From Candidatus Krumholzibacteriia bacterium (GTDB lineage Bacteria > Krumholzibacteriota > Krumholzibacteriia > JAJRXK01), in assembly GCA_041484665.1 (NCBI GenBank), contig JBGPIA010000001.1, positions 352,001 through 416,000 of the forward strand: a DNA stretch of 64,000 nucleotides. The letters run 5' to 3'. Positions 29,162-37,693 of the stretch are shown in pieces. A program made the translations under genes and the position numbers. The notes under the pieces were generated by a model. That model ran no database searches. It saw only the letters and a list, made by a program, of their open reading frames with translations, and was not told where the DNA came from. The number at the start of each line of letters is the position of its first letter. Position 1 is the stretch's first letter.

Positions 29162-29862
29162 GCTCCCACCCGCCCGCCGGTCCCCCGCCCACACCCCACG
29201 ACCCGCGGCCCGCGCCACGCACCACGCGTCCCCTCCTGGTCCTTTTCGACCTCGGAAACGTGCTGTGCGCGTTCGACTGGCCTCAGTCGCTGGCGCGGCT
29301 GGCGGCGCGGCTGGTCGAGCTCGACCCGGCCCGAGCGCCGGCCCCCGGGCAGATCGTCGACTGGCTGCTGGGCGAGGACGGGCCGCTGCACCCCTACTGT
29401 CGCGGGGAGATCGACGAGGCCCAGCTCTGGTCGGCCTTCCACGAGCGTCTTGACCCGCGACGACGGCTGGACGACGCCTGGCTGCAACAGCTGTGGTGCA
29501 CCATGTTCTCGCCCCTGCCCGCCAGCCTGGCCCTGGTCGATGCCCTGCGTGGGCAGGTCCGGCTCGGGCTGCTCTCGAATACCAACCGGCTGCACTTCGA
29601 ACATCTCGACTTCGTGTTGCGCCTGCGCGAGCGGTTCGATGCCGTCACGCTGAGCTACGCGGTGGGGGCGCTGAAGCCCGACCCAAGGATCTACCACGCC
29701 GCGCTCGCTGCCGCAGGCATTGCGGCTGAGGAGGCCTTCTTCGTAGACGACGTCCCGGAGTTCGTGGCGGCGGCGTGCGCGCAGGGCATGCGGGCCACGG
29801 TCTTCAGCGGCGCCGGGAAGCTGGCTCTGGAGCTGCGGGCGCTGGGGTTCAGCCTGCCCTGA
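29158..29862 (+). CDS. HAD family phosphatase (YihX-like)
   Basis: LFDLGNVL, LSNT, KPDPRIY, FVDD; GTGA overlap with the addA stop. Confidence 0.9.
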   Translation: MSSHPPAGPPPTPHDPRPAPRTTRPLLVLFDLGNVLCAFDWPQSLARLAARLVELDPARAPAPGQIVDWLLGEDGPLHPYCRGEIDEAQLWSAFHERLDPRRRLDDAWLQQLWCTMFSPLPASLALVDALRGQVRLGLLSNTNRLHFEHLDFVLRLRERFDAVTLSYAVGALKPDPRIYHAALAAAGIAAEEAFFVDDVPEFVAAACAQGMRATVFSGAGKLALELRALGFSLP

Positions 29863-30040
29863 CGCCGCGGCGCTCGGTTGCTGCCGCCGCCCTGGTATGG
29901 CAGACTTCCCCGATTTCCATCGGCACCGGCGGCTTTTGGCAGGCGCGGGCCCACCGCGCGCCGATCGCGCGCCCGCGCGCGGCACGGCAGTCTCCCGGCT
30001 TGCAGCGCAGACCGGGTCCCGCAGCGAAACGAGGCAGGCG

Positions 30041-32401
30041 TTGAGCAGCACGGCCCACTCGAGGATCGACGAGCTCTACTCGCAGCAGCAGCGCAACTTC
30101 GCGCACTGGGAGCTCATCAAGGACTGCATCGACCAGTTCATCGACATGATGCTCAACTACCGCCAGAGCGGGCACCCGGGCGGCAGCCGCAGCAAGGTGC
30201 ACGCACTGGTGGCCACCACGCTGGGCGGCGTCATGCGCTGGGACATCCGCCGCCCCGAGCACCGCTTTGCCGACCGCTTCGTTCTAGTGGCCGGGCACAC
30301 CGCGCCCTTGGTCTACGCCACGCTCCCCGTCTACCACGAAGCGCTGCGCGAGATGCACAAGCGTACGGGCGAGCCGCGCTACCTCGTACCCAATGCCGAG
30401 CACCGCGCGCTCGTGTGGGAGGACCTGCTGCTGTTCCGGCGCCACAAGGGCCTGGCGGGCCACGCCGAGATGGAGGGCAAGACCCTCTTCTTCAAGTTCA
30501 ACACCGGGCCCAGCGGCCACGGATCGCCGCCCGCGGCGGGTGAAGCCTTCGCGCTGCTGCGGGCCGGGTTGCGCGACGTACGGGTCTTCGCGTTCGAGGG
30601 TGAGGGCGGCCACACGGCGGGCGCTGCCCATGAGACCAAGAACAGCGCCTGGGGTCTGGGGCTGGAGAACCTCAACTACGTCCTCGACTGGAACGACTAC
30701 GGCATCGACTCGATGTCGATCAGCTCGGTGGTGCCGGGCACGCCGCCCGAGTGGTTCGGTCCCTACGGCTGGCGAGTCTACGGGGCGGACCCGGGCAGCG
30801 AATGGGAGCCGGTGACGCGAGCGCTGTTGGCCATGGTCCACGATCCCGACAAGGACCTGCGCCCGGCCGTGACCTGGGTGCGGACGCGCAAGGGGCGCGG
30901 CTACGGCAAGTACGACTTCGCGAGCCACGGCTCGCCACACAAGCTCAATAGCCCCGAGTACTGGGAAACCAAGCGCCCGTTCGCCGAGAAGTACGGCGTC
31001 GACTTCGAGGGCTTCGGCCAGCCGGCGCCCGCGGACAACGACAAGCTGCGCGAGCAGGTGCGCAACAACCTCGCCAAGGTCGCGCAGGTGCTCCACCGCC
31101 GCGAGGACACCCTCGCCTACCTGGCCAACCGTCTCGTCGAGCTCGGCGAGAGCGTTCCGGCCAGCCATCCGGGCTTCGCGCTGGGCAAGCGGGGCAACCC
31201 TGCGCGGGACGCCCGACTGTTCGATTTCCGATCGTATCCCGAGGCGATGTGGAAGAAGCCGGGCGAGAAGGCGCCCAACCGCGCAGCGCTGGCCACGTTC
31301 GGTAGCTGGGTCAACAGCTGGTGCAAGCAGCATTACGATCAGCCGCTGCTGCTGGCCATGAGCGCAGACCTCGCCGACAGCACGAACATCAGCGGCGTGG
31401 CCAAGGACTTCGGGGACCTGAAGAACTACGGCCGCTACGAGCGGCGCCAGAACCCCGACGGCGTGCTGTTGCCGCAGGAGATCACCGAGTTCGCCAACAG
31501 CGGGATCACGGTGGGGATCGCCACGGTGAACATGAGCAGCAAGCCCGAAGAGGAGTTCCTGGGCTTCTGGGCCGCCTGCAGCACCTACGGCAGCTTTTCC
31601 TACTTGAAGTACGGGCCCATGCGCCTGTTCAGCCAGCTTGCCCAGGATTGCCCGCTGAAGGTGGGGAAGGTGCTCTGGGTGGCCGGCCACTCCGGGCCCG
31701 AAACGGCGGACGACAGCCGCACGCACTTCGGCGTATTCAGCCCCGGCGTCACCCAGCTGTTCCCCGACGGACACGTCTGCGACTTGCACCCCTGGGAGTA
31801 CAACGAGGTGCCGGTCATGCTCGCCGCGGCGTTGGCGGGGAGCTGGCCGATCGTAGCGCTGCACCTGACGCGCCCCGAGATCGAGATTCCCGACCGCGCG
31901 AAGCTGGGGATGGCCCACCACTTCGAGGCGGCGCGCGGGGCGTACGTGATCCGCGATCACAAGCACGGTCTGCCGCGCGGCGGCACGATCTTCGTGCAGG
32001 GCACCGCGACCACTGCCAACATCGTGAAGATCCTCCCGGAGCTCGACGCGCGCGGTTTGAACGTGAAGCTGGTCGCCGTGGTCAGTCCGCAGCTCTTCGC
32101 CGCGCAGCCCGCCGAGTTGCGCGAGCGCACGATCACGCCGGCCGATCGCTGGGACAGCACGTTCATCACCAATCGCAGCCGGCGCCTCTTCTATGACTGG
32201 ATCTTCAACCCACTGGCGGGCGAGTACGCCATGAGCAGCGACTTCGACGACCGCTGGCGCACGGGCGGCACGCTCGAGGAGGTCATCGCCGAGGCGCACC
32301 TGGACCCGGCGCACCTGCTGGCGGGTATCGACCGCTTCGTCCGCGAGCGCCCGCGACGACTGGAGCGTCTCGGCCAGGGGCTGCGGGCCGCCCAGGGCTG
32401 A
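30041..32401 (+). CDS. Transketolase-like ThDP-dependent enzyme
   Basis: SGHPGGS, DRFVLVAGH, LAGH, NTGPSGHG, T.KGRG, SADLADS, ITEF, HSGPETADDSRTH. Probable TTG start at 30041 (ORF open from 29897). Confidence 0.85.
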   Translation: MSSTAHSRIDELYSQQQRNFAHWELIKDCIDQFIDMMLNYRQSGHPGGSRSKVHALVATTLGGVMRWDIRRPEHRFADRFVLVAGHTAPLVYATLPVYHEALREMHKRTGEPRYLVPNAEHRALVWEDLLLFRRHKGLAGHAEMEGKTLFFKFNTGPSGHGSPPAAGEAFALLRAGLRDVRVFAFEGEGGHTAGAAHETKNSAWGLGLENLNYVLDWNDYGIDSMSISSVVPGTPPEWFGPYGWRVYGADPGSEWEPVTRALLAMVHDPDKDLRPAVTWVRTRKGRGYGKYDFASHGSPHKLNSPEYWETKRPFAEKYGVDFEGFGQPAPADNDKLREQVRNNLAKVAQVLHRREDTLAYLANRLVELGESVPASHPGFALGKRGNPARDARLFDFRSYPEAMWKKPGEKAPNRAALATFGSWVNSWCKQHYDQPLLLAMSADLADSTNISGVAKDFGDLKNYGRYERRQNPDGVLLPQEITEFANSGITVGIATVNMSSKPEEEFLGFWAACSTYGSFSYLKYGPMRLFSQLAQDCPLKVGKVLWVAGHSGPETADDSRTHFGVFSPGVTQLFPDGHVCDLHPWEYNEVPVMLAAALAGSWPIVALHLTRPEIEIPDRAKLGMAHHFEAARGAYVIRDHKHGLPRGGTIFVQGTATTANIVKILPELDARGLNVKLVAVVSPQLFAAQPAELRERTITPADRWDSTFITNRSRRLFYDWIFNPLAGEYAMSSDFDDRWRTGGTLEEVIAEAHLDPAHLLAGIDRFVRERPRRLERLGQGLRAAQG

Positions 32402-32603
32402 GCTGGGCGGTGGTGGGGCGCCCCGCCGCGGGCGTGCGCGGTGGGCCGCCGGCGAAGGCGCCCCGAGCGGGGCCCCGGAGGGCCCCCGCCAGGGCCCGGT
32501 GCCGCCGGCGCTGCGCCCTGGACTGCGCGTGTTGGGGCGGTTATCATTCCCGCTTCGCGCCCATGCGCTCGTCCCCCGAGAACGCCAACAAGGAGATCCA
32601 TAC

Positions 32604-33326
32604 ATGACCGTCAAGGGTTGGAGTCTGTGCGTCGCGCTCGCCGGCCTCCTCGCGCTCGGCGCGCCGTTCTCTCAGGCCGCCACCGCGACCCGGCCCGATC
32701 AACCCCCCAGCAAACCCGAGCAGCCCAAGGCCAAGCCGGCGCCGCCGGCGCCCGCCAAGCCGCCGGCCCACGGCGAGATGGGCCAGGCCCATGGGCAGGG
32801 CCACGCCCAGACGGGCCAGGGCCCGTCCGCAGCAGATATGCAGGCGATGATGGCGGCCATGCAGCCCGGTCCGCACCACAAGGCGCTCCAGGGCTTTGCG
32901 GGCGATTGGAACGTCGTGGTAAAGACGTGGATGGCCCCTGGCACCGAGCCTTCCATCACCAAGGGCACCTCCCACAACGCGATGATCTACGACGGCCGCT
33001 ATCTCAAGAAGGAGCTCACGGGTGAGATGATGGGAATGCCTTTCCAGGGCATGGGCCTCGTCGGCTACGACAACGTCAAGAAAGAGTACCGCAGCCTGTG
33101 GATCGACAGCATGAGCACGGCGCTCATGATCTCGACCGGGAGCTGCTCCGACGACGGGAAGACCTGGACCTATACCGGCGAGATGCCGGGCATGGACGGC
33201 TCGATGCAGAAGGTGCGCGAGGTCGTCAAGGTGGTCAGCGACGCGCAGCACGTCTTCTCCATGTACATGTCCGGGCCCGATGGTAAGGAAATGCAGTGGG
33301 CGGAGATCACGTACAACCGCCAGTAG
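32604..33326 (+). CDS. Secreted DUF1579-type protein
   Basis: AAGGAG RBS; signal peptide; PGPHHKAL..FAGDW, GYDNVKKEY..WIDSM, EITYNR. Confidence 0.85.
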   Translation: MTVKGWSLCVALAGLLALGAPFSQAATATRPDQPPSKPEQPKAKPAPPAPAKPPAHGEMGQAHGQGHAQTGQGPSAADMQAMMAAMQPGPHHKALQGFAGDWNVVVKTWMAPGTEPSITKGTSHNAMIYDGRYLKKELTGEMMGMPFQGMGLVGYDNVKKEYRSLWIDSMSTALMISTGSCSDDGKTWTYTGEMPGMDGSMQKVREVVKVVSDAQHVFSMYMSGPDGKEMQWAEITYNRQ

Positions 33327-33360
33327 GCGGGCCGGCGCGCCGCGATCGATCCGCGACGGC

Positions 33361-33398
33361 GAAGGTCCCCTGGCGGCGCCCGGGGACCTTCTTCGTTC
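33361..33398 (+). terminator. Intrinsic terminator-like hairpin between convergent genes
   Basis: GAAGGTCCCC-N11-GGGGACCTTC (10-bp stem) followed by TTCGTT. Confidence 0.65.
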
Positions 33399-33519
33399 TC
33401 ACGTGGGGAGCGAGCATCACGCTGGGCGCACGGACCGCGCGTGGCAGAGAGCGGGCAGACGAGCTGGGCGGGAACGCGCGTGGACCGCGCGGGGCGAGCG
33501 GAACCGGGCGGGCGGGCGC

Positions 33520-34914
33520 TCAGGCGCCGTGCGGCCGCTTCCAGCGGGCGGGTAGCAGGATCGCGAACAGGCTTCCCTGCCCCTCGACCGAGCGCAGCAC
33601 CATGTCCGCGCCCATGTCGCGGGCCATGCGCCGGCAGCTGGCCAGCCCCAGACCGACGCCCTTCACGCCGCGCGTCGGCGAATTGCTCGCCTGGTAGAAC
33701 GGCTCGAAGACCATGTCCTGGTCGTGGGGCGGGATGCCGATGCCGGCGTCGATGACCTCCATCACCAGCACCGCGTCGTCGTCGGGGTGCGGGCCCGAGG
33801 GCGGGCACTCCCCCGGCGGGAAGATTGGCTCCATGCGCTCGTCGGGGGAGCTGCCCAGGATCTCCGGGTAGAGGGGGAGGCGCTGCTCGTGCTTCTGTCC
33901 CAGCCACCACCGGCGGCTGGTGGCGTAGCAGTGGACCGCGACCCATGGGTACTCGACACGGTGGAACTGCCAGGCGTTCTGCAGCAGGCCATCCAGGGAC
34001 AACTTGAGCTTCGCCTGGTCGATGCGCACGACCACGTTGGGATCGGGCACGTGGCCCTCCACGATCAGGAAGCCTTCTAGCCGGCGCGTGTAGAGCACGG
34101 GCCGAACCACTTCGGACAGCAGCTCATCCACCTTCACAGTGGCGAGCTGCGCCGGTGCGTCGGCCCCGCTTTCGGCGAGTTGCAGCACGGCGGACACGAG
34201 GTACTCCAGCCGGCGCACGGCCTCGTCATGCATCTCGAAAAGCTCGCCCTGGCGCTCGATCGGCATGTTGCGCGCCAGCTCGACCGCGCTCTTGACCACA
34301 CCCAGCGGCGTATTGAACTCGTGGCTGACGTGGTCGAGGATCACGCTGCGCAGCCGATCGGCCTCCTCCATGCGCAGCCGTGCGTGCAGCGCGTGCTCGT
34401 AGATGAGTGCCTTCTGCACCGTGGTTCCGATGACCATGCCCATGGTCTGCAGCAGGTGGTGGTCGATCTCGTCGAGGCGCCGTCCCTGGAGCTGGCCGCC
34501 CAGCAGCAGCAGGCCGACCGGCCGGTCGCCGTCCTTGAGGTAGGCGGCGTATTCGAAATGCTCGGTGAGCGACTCGGGGACGTTCCACGCCGGGTCGATC
34601 TGCGCCACGCCGCCATGGGCTTCGAGCTGATGGTGCAGACGGGAGTCCGCGGGGATGGCCGCGTTGCCCAGCGCGGTCCGGCGCACGCCCACCGTCTCGC
34701 AGAGGCTGAGCTCCTTCTCTCCCTCCCGGTACAAGAAGAAGGCCGCCTTGCGTACCAGCAGCTGGCCGGTCACGGTCAAGAGCGAGAGCTTGGCGACCTT
34801 CTCCACCTCGAGATTGGTGCCCAGCGTCCGGATCAGGCTGAACAGCGCCTCGAACGCGCGGCTCTGGAGCTGATGCCGCACATCGAAATCGGCCGTCGCG
34901 GGATCGTGCGACAT
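33520..34914 (-). CDS. Cytoplasmic GAF-like sensor histidine kinase
   Basis: N-terminal GAF-like domain; H-box VSHEFNTPL, N-box LLQNA, G1 IDAGIGI, F-box FEPFYQ, G2 GVGLGL. Confidence 0.9.
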   Translation of the reverse strand: MSHDPATADFDVRHQLQSRAFEALFSLIRTLGTNLEVEKVAKLSLLTVTGQLLVRKAAFFLYREGEKELSLCETVGVRRTALGNAAIPADSRLHHQLEAHGGVAQIDPAWNVPESLTEHFEYAAYLKDGDRPVGLLLLGGQLQGRRLDEIDHHLLQTMGMVIGTTVQKALIYEHALHARLRMEEADRLRSVILDHVSHEFNTPLGVVKSAVELARNMPIERQGELFEMHDEAVRRLEYLVSAVLQLAESGADAPAQLATVKVDELLSEVVRPVLYTRRLEGFLIVEGHVPDPNVVVRIDQAKLKLSLDGLLQNAWQFHRVEYPWVAVHCYATSRRWWLGQKHEQRLPLYPEILGSSPDERMEPIFPPGECPPSGPHPDDDAVLVMEVIDAGIGIPPHDQDMVFEPFYQASNSPTRGVKGVGLGLASCRRMARDMGADMVLRSVEGQGSLFAILLPARWKRPHGA

Positions 34915-34920
34915 CGTCGC

Positions 34921-35277
34921 TCAGCCCTGGCTCAGGGTGACGTAGTCGAGGAGGTCGAGCATTTTCAGGACTCCGCGCAGCCCGGAGGAGAGCCTCGCGA
35001 GCACGATGTCTCCGCCATCGTCGCGGTACTCGCCGATCGAGGAGATGAGGCTGCCCACACCAGAGCTGCTGATGAAGGGCACCTGGGTGAAGTCGAGCTC
35101 GACCCGGCGCACGCCCTTTTCCAGCAGATTCTCCAGGTGCTCCTGCAGCTCGGCCGCGCCGTCGGCGTCGAGGTGACCGCGCAACGCCATCCGCATCGTC
35201 CCGTCCGGGAGCGGATCGCGCTCCACGATCAGGAAGGCCGGCAGCGCGCGCGCGGGAGAGTCCTGGCCCTGGGTCAT
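34921..35277 (-). CDS. STAS-domain anti-sigma factor antagonist (RsbV/SpoIIAA-like)
   Basis: LRGHLD, LDFTQVPFISSSGVG with the phospho-acceptor Ser, GGDIVL. Confidence 0.92.
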   Translation of the reverse strand: MTQGQDSPARALPAFLIVERDPLPDGTMRMALRGHLDADGAAELQEHLENLLEKGVRRVELDFTQVPFISSSGVGSLISSIGEYRDDGGDIVLARLSSGLRGVLKMLDLLDYVTLSQG

Positions 35278-36035
35278 GCCTCGATCCCCTTGCTGAAGAG
35301 CAGCCGGTTGCCCGCGGCGGTGTACTCATGCTCGAAGCGATCGAGCAGCTGGAGGAACATGGCGATCCCGTACCCCCGCGGCTGCCGACGCGCGGCGCGC
35401 TGGACCACGCTGCCGCCGGGCTGCTCTGCGGGATTGAAGCGCTCGCAGCCGTCCTGCAGGAACCCCTCGATCCGGCCGGGCAGGAAGCGCAGGCCCAGCG
35501 TGAAAACGGCGGGCGCGCGCCGCGGTCGCCCGTGCTCGACCAGGTTGGCGCACATCTCGTAGATGCTGACGCGCAGCTTCATCAGATCGGCTTCCTGTGG
35601 TCCGAACGTGGCCAGCATCAGTGGCGTGTAGACCGCCACCAGATCCCGGCTCGACGGAGCGTGCTCGAAGGTCGTCTCGTACGCGAGGATGGCTCCCTCC
35701 TGCAGCCAGCGGTGCCGCGGTGGGCCATCCTCCGTTTCCTCCGCCACACCCGTCGCACCGGTCTGACGCGCCGCGGCGGTAAGCCGCGCCGCGCCGGCCC
35801 GATCGACGGCCGCGGGCGGCGCGTTGCCTGCTGGGGCGACCGCCGAGAGCTCGCCATCCTCGTCATCGCGCGTCTGCCGCGCGCCCGGCAGGTGCAGCCG
35901 CACGTCGTGCAGCCCCACCTGGCGCGCCACGCGCGCCGCGCGGGCGAAGTCGTCGCGCCAGGGCTGCGGGTCGCCCCCGGCCACGACAAACTCGGCGCGG
36001 TGCCGCGTCGTATCGGCCCGCTCCAGCGCGATCAC
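35274..36035 (-). CDS. RsbW/SpoIIAB-like anti-sigma Ser/Thr kinase with N-terminal extension
   Basis: YEMCANLVEHG, LQDG..FNP, RGYGI, GNRL motifs; flanked by STAS and PP2C genes. Confidence 0.8.
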   Translation of the reverse strand: MIALERADTTRHRAEFVVAGGDPQPWRDDFARAARVARQVGLHDVRLHLPGARQTRDDEDGELSAVAPAGNAPPAAVDRAGAARLTAAARQTGATGVAEETEDGPPRHRWLQEGAILAYETTFEHAPSSRDLVAVYTPLMLATFGPQEADLMKLRVSIYEMCANLVEHGRPRRAPAVFTLGLRFLPGRIEGFLQDGCERFNPAEQPGGSVVQRAARRQPRGYGIAMFLQLLDRFEHEYTAAGNRLLFSKGIEA

Positions 36036-37693
36036 CGCCTCACCCCCGCCACGTCGTCCGGCGACGTCCTCCGCCCCGCCGGGGCCGGGGCCTTCCGGGA
36101 CCCCGCTGCAGCCGGCTCCGCCGTGGCCGCGGCCGGGGTCGGGGCGAACACCGAGGCGGAGACCGAAGCCTCGATCGGCTCGGCGAAGCGGCCTGTCCCC
36201 CGGCGCACGGCGAGCAGCGTCAGATCATCGCTCGCCGGGGCCGCTCCGGTATGGGACGCGGCGCGAGCCACGAGGTCGTCCACCACCTCCCGGGCGGACA
36301 GTCGTGCATTCTGCGATAGCCGCTGCAGCACGACGTCGAAGCCGAGCTGCCCGCCCGCCTCGTCCATGGCCTCCACCAGCCCGTCGGTGTAGAGCAGGAG
36401 CCCTTCTCCCGGCTCCAGACGGGCTTCCTGGCGCAGCAGCGCACGCCGGAAGATCTCCGGGGGGAACATGCCGATGGCCTTGCCCCCCGCGGGCAGCCAC
36501 CGTGCACCTTTCGGGCCGAACAGCGCAGGTGGGCAGTGTCCAGCGCTGGCGTACACCAGGGTGTGCGACCGGGTGTCGAGCACGCCGTAGATGCAGGTGA
36601 CGAACATGCCCTTCTTCATGGATCCCGACAGCATCCCGCTGGCCTGGGCCAGGGCCTCCACCGGGTCGCGGACGGCGGGCGCGATGCCCTGCAAGATCAC
36701 CCGCAGCATGGCCATCACGACCAGACCCGGCACTCCTTTCCCGCTTACGTCGGCCGCAGTCAGGGCCAGGAAGCGGTCATCGAGCGGGATGACGTCGTAG
36801 TAGTCGCCGCTCACCTCGAGGGCCGGGCAGTAGCGGGCGTGGATCTCGTAGCCCGGCGGCGGGCTGACCGAGCGCGGCAGGAGCATCGACTGCAGCTCCC
36901 GGGCGATCTCCAGCTCGTGCTCCATGCGCCCCTGCTTGATGCGCTCGTCCTGTGCCCGCTGCAGGCCCTCGGCCATGCTGTTCACGAGGTTGCCCAGCAT
37001 GCCCAGCTCGTTGCGGGAGCGCACCTGCACGCGCGTGTGGAGATCGCCCGACCCCAGGCGCACCACGCCGCGGCTCAGCTCGTCCAGCGGGCGCAGGTGG
37101 GTCGCCACCAGCAGCAGCACGGCCAGGATCGCCAGCAGCGTTCCCGCCGCGGCGACCACCGCCAGATGGCGGCCGGCGGCGGCCACGGTCCGCTCGATGC
37201 CAGCGCGCGTTGCGCGGGCCACCAACAGGCCGATGGGACGGTCCAGATGCAGGATGGGCTGAGCGATCACAACCTCGTTGCCGTCCAACCAGGCGTGCTC
37301 GCCCTCACGCAGCGGCAACACCAGAGGGCGGCCTCGGGTGGCCGGATCGTAGCGCTCCCCCACTCGCAGCAGGTCGCGGTGGCCCTGGATGACGCCTTCG
37401 GCGTCGAGCACGACCAGGTCGACCAGGCCAGGCGTCTCGGCGAGCGCCTTGAGGATGAACGGATGGAGGCCCAGCTCGGGGTCGTGGCGCAAGAGCGGCG
37501 CACAGGCCGCCAGCGCCAGGCTGCGGGTCTCGACCAGCACGCGCAGCGTGAGCTCGCGCGTGAGCGTCTCGCGCTGATTGCGCACCAGCGACCAGCCGGT
37601 AGCGCCGAACACCACCGCAGTGACCAACGCGACGGCCAGCCCCATCTGCACGCCCAGGCGGTGGTGGAACCGCAGCTTCCGTTGTCCCATCAC
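36032..37693 (-). CDS. Membrane HAMP-domain PP2C/SpoIIE (RsbU-like) phosphatase
   Basis: TM-extracytoplasmic domain-TM-HAMP; AREIQ-like ARELQ; VSGDYYD, ADVSGKG, SAGH, YTDGL, DDLT metal ligands intact. Confidence 0.92.
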   Translation of the reverse strand: MMGQRKLRFHHRLGVQMGLAVALVTAVVFGATGWSLVRNQRETLTRELTLRVLVETRSLALAACAPLLRHDPELGLHPFILKALAETPGLVDLVVLDAEGVIQGHRDLLRVGERYDPATRGRPLVLPLREGEHAWLDGNEVVIAQPILHLDRPIGLLVARATRAGIERTVAAAGRHLAVVAAAGTLLAILAVLLLVATHLRPLDELSRGVVRLGSGDLHTRVQVRSRNELGMLGNLVNSMAEGLQRAQDERIKQGRMEHELEIARELQSMLLPRSVSPPPGYEIHARYCPALEVSGDYYDVIPLDDRFLALTAADVSGKGVPGLVVMAMLRVILQGIAPAVRDPVEALAQASGMLSGSMKKGMFVTCIYGVLDTRSHTLVYASAGHCPPALFGPKGARWLPAGGKAIGMFPPEIFRRALLRQEARLEPGEGLLLYTDGLVEAMDEAGGQLGFDVVLQRLSQNARLSAREVVDDLVARAASHTGAAPASDDLTLLAVRRGTGRFAEPIEASVSASVFAPTPAAATAEPAAAGSRKAPAPAGRRTSPDDVAGVRR

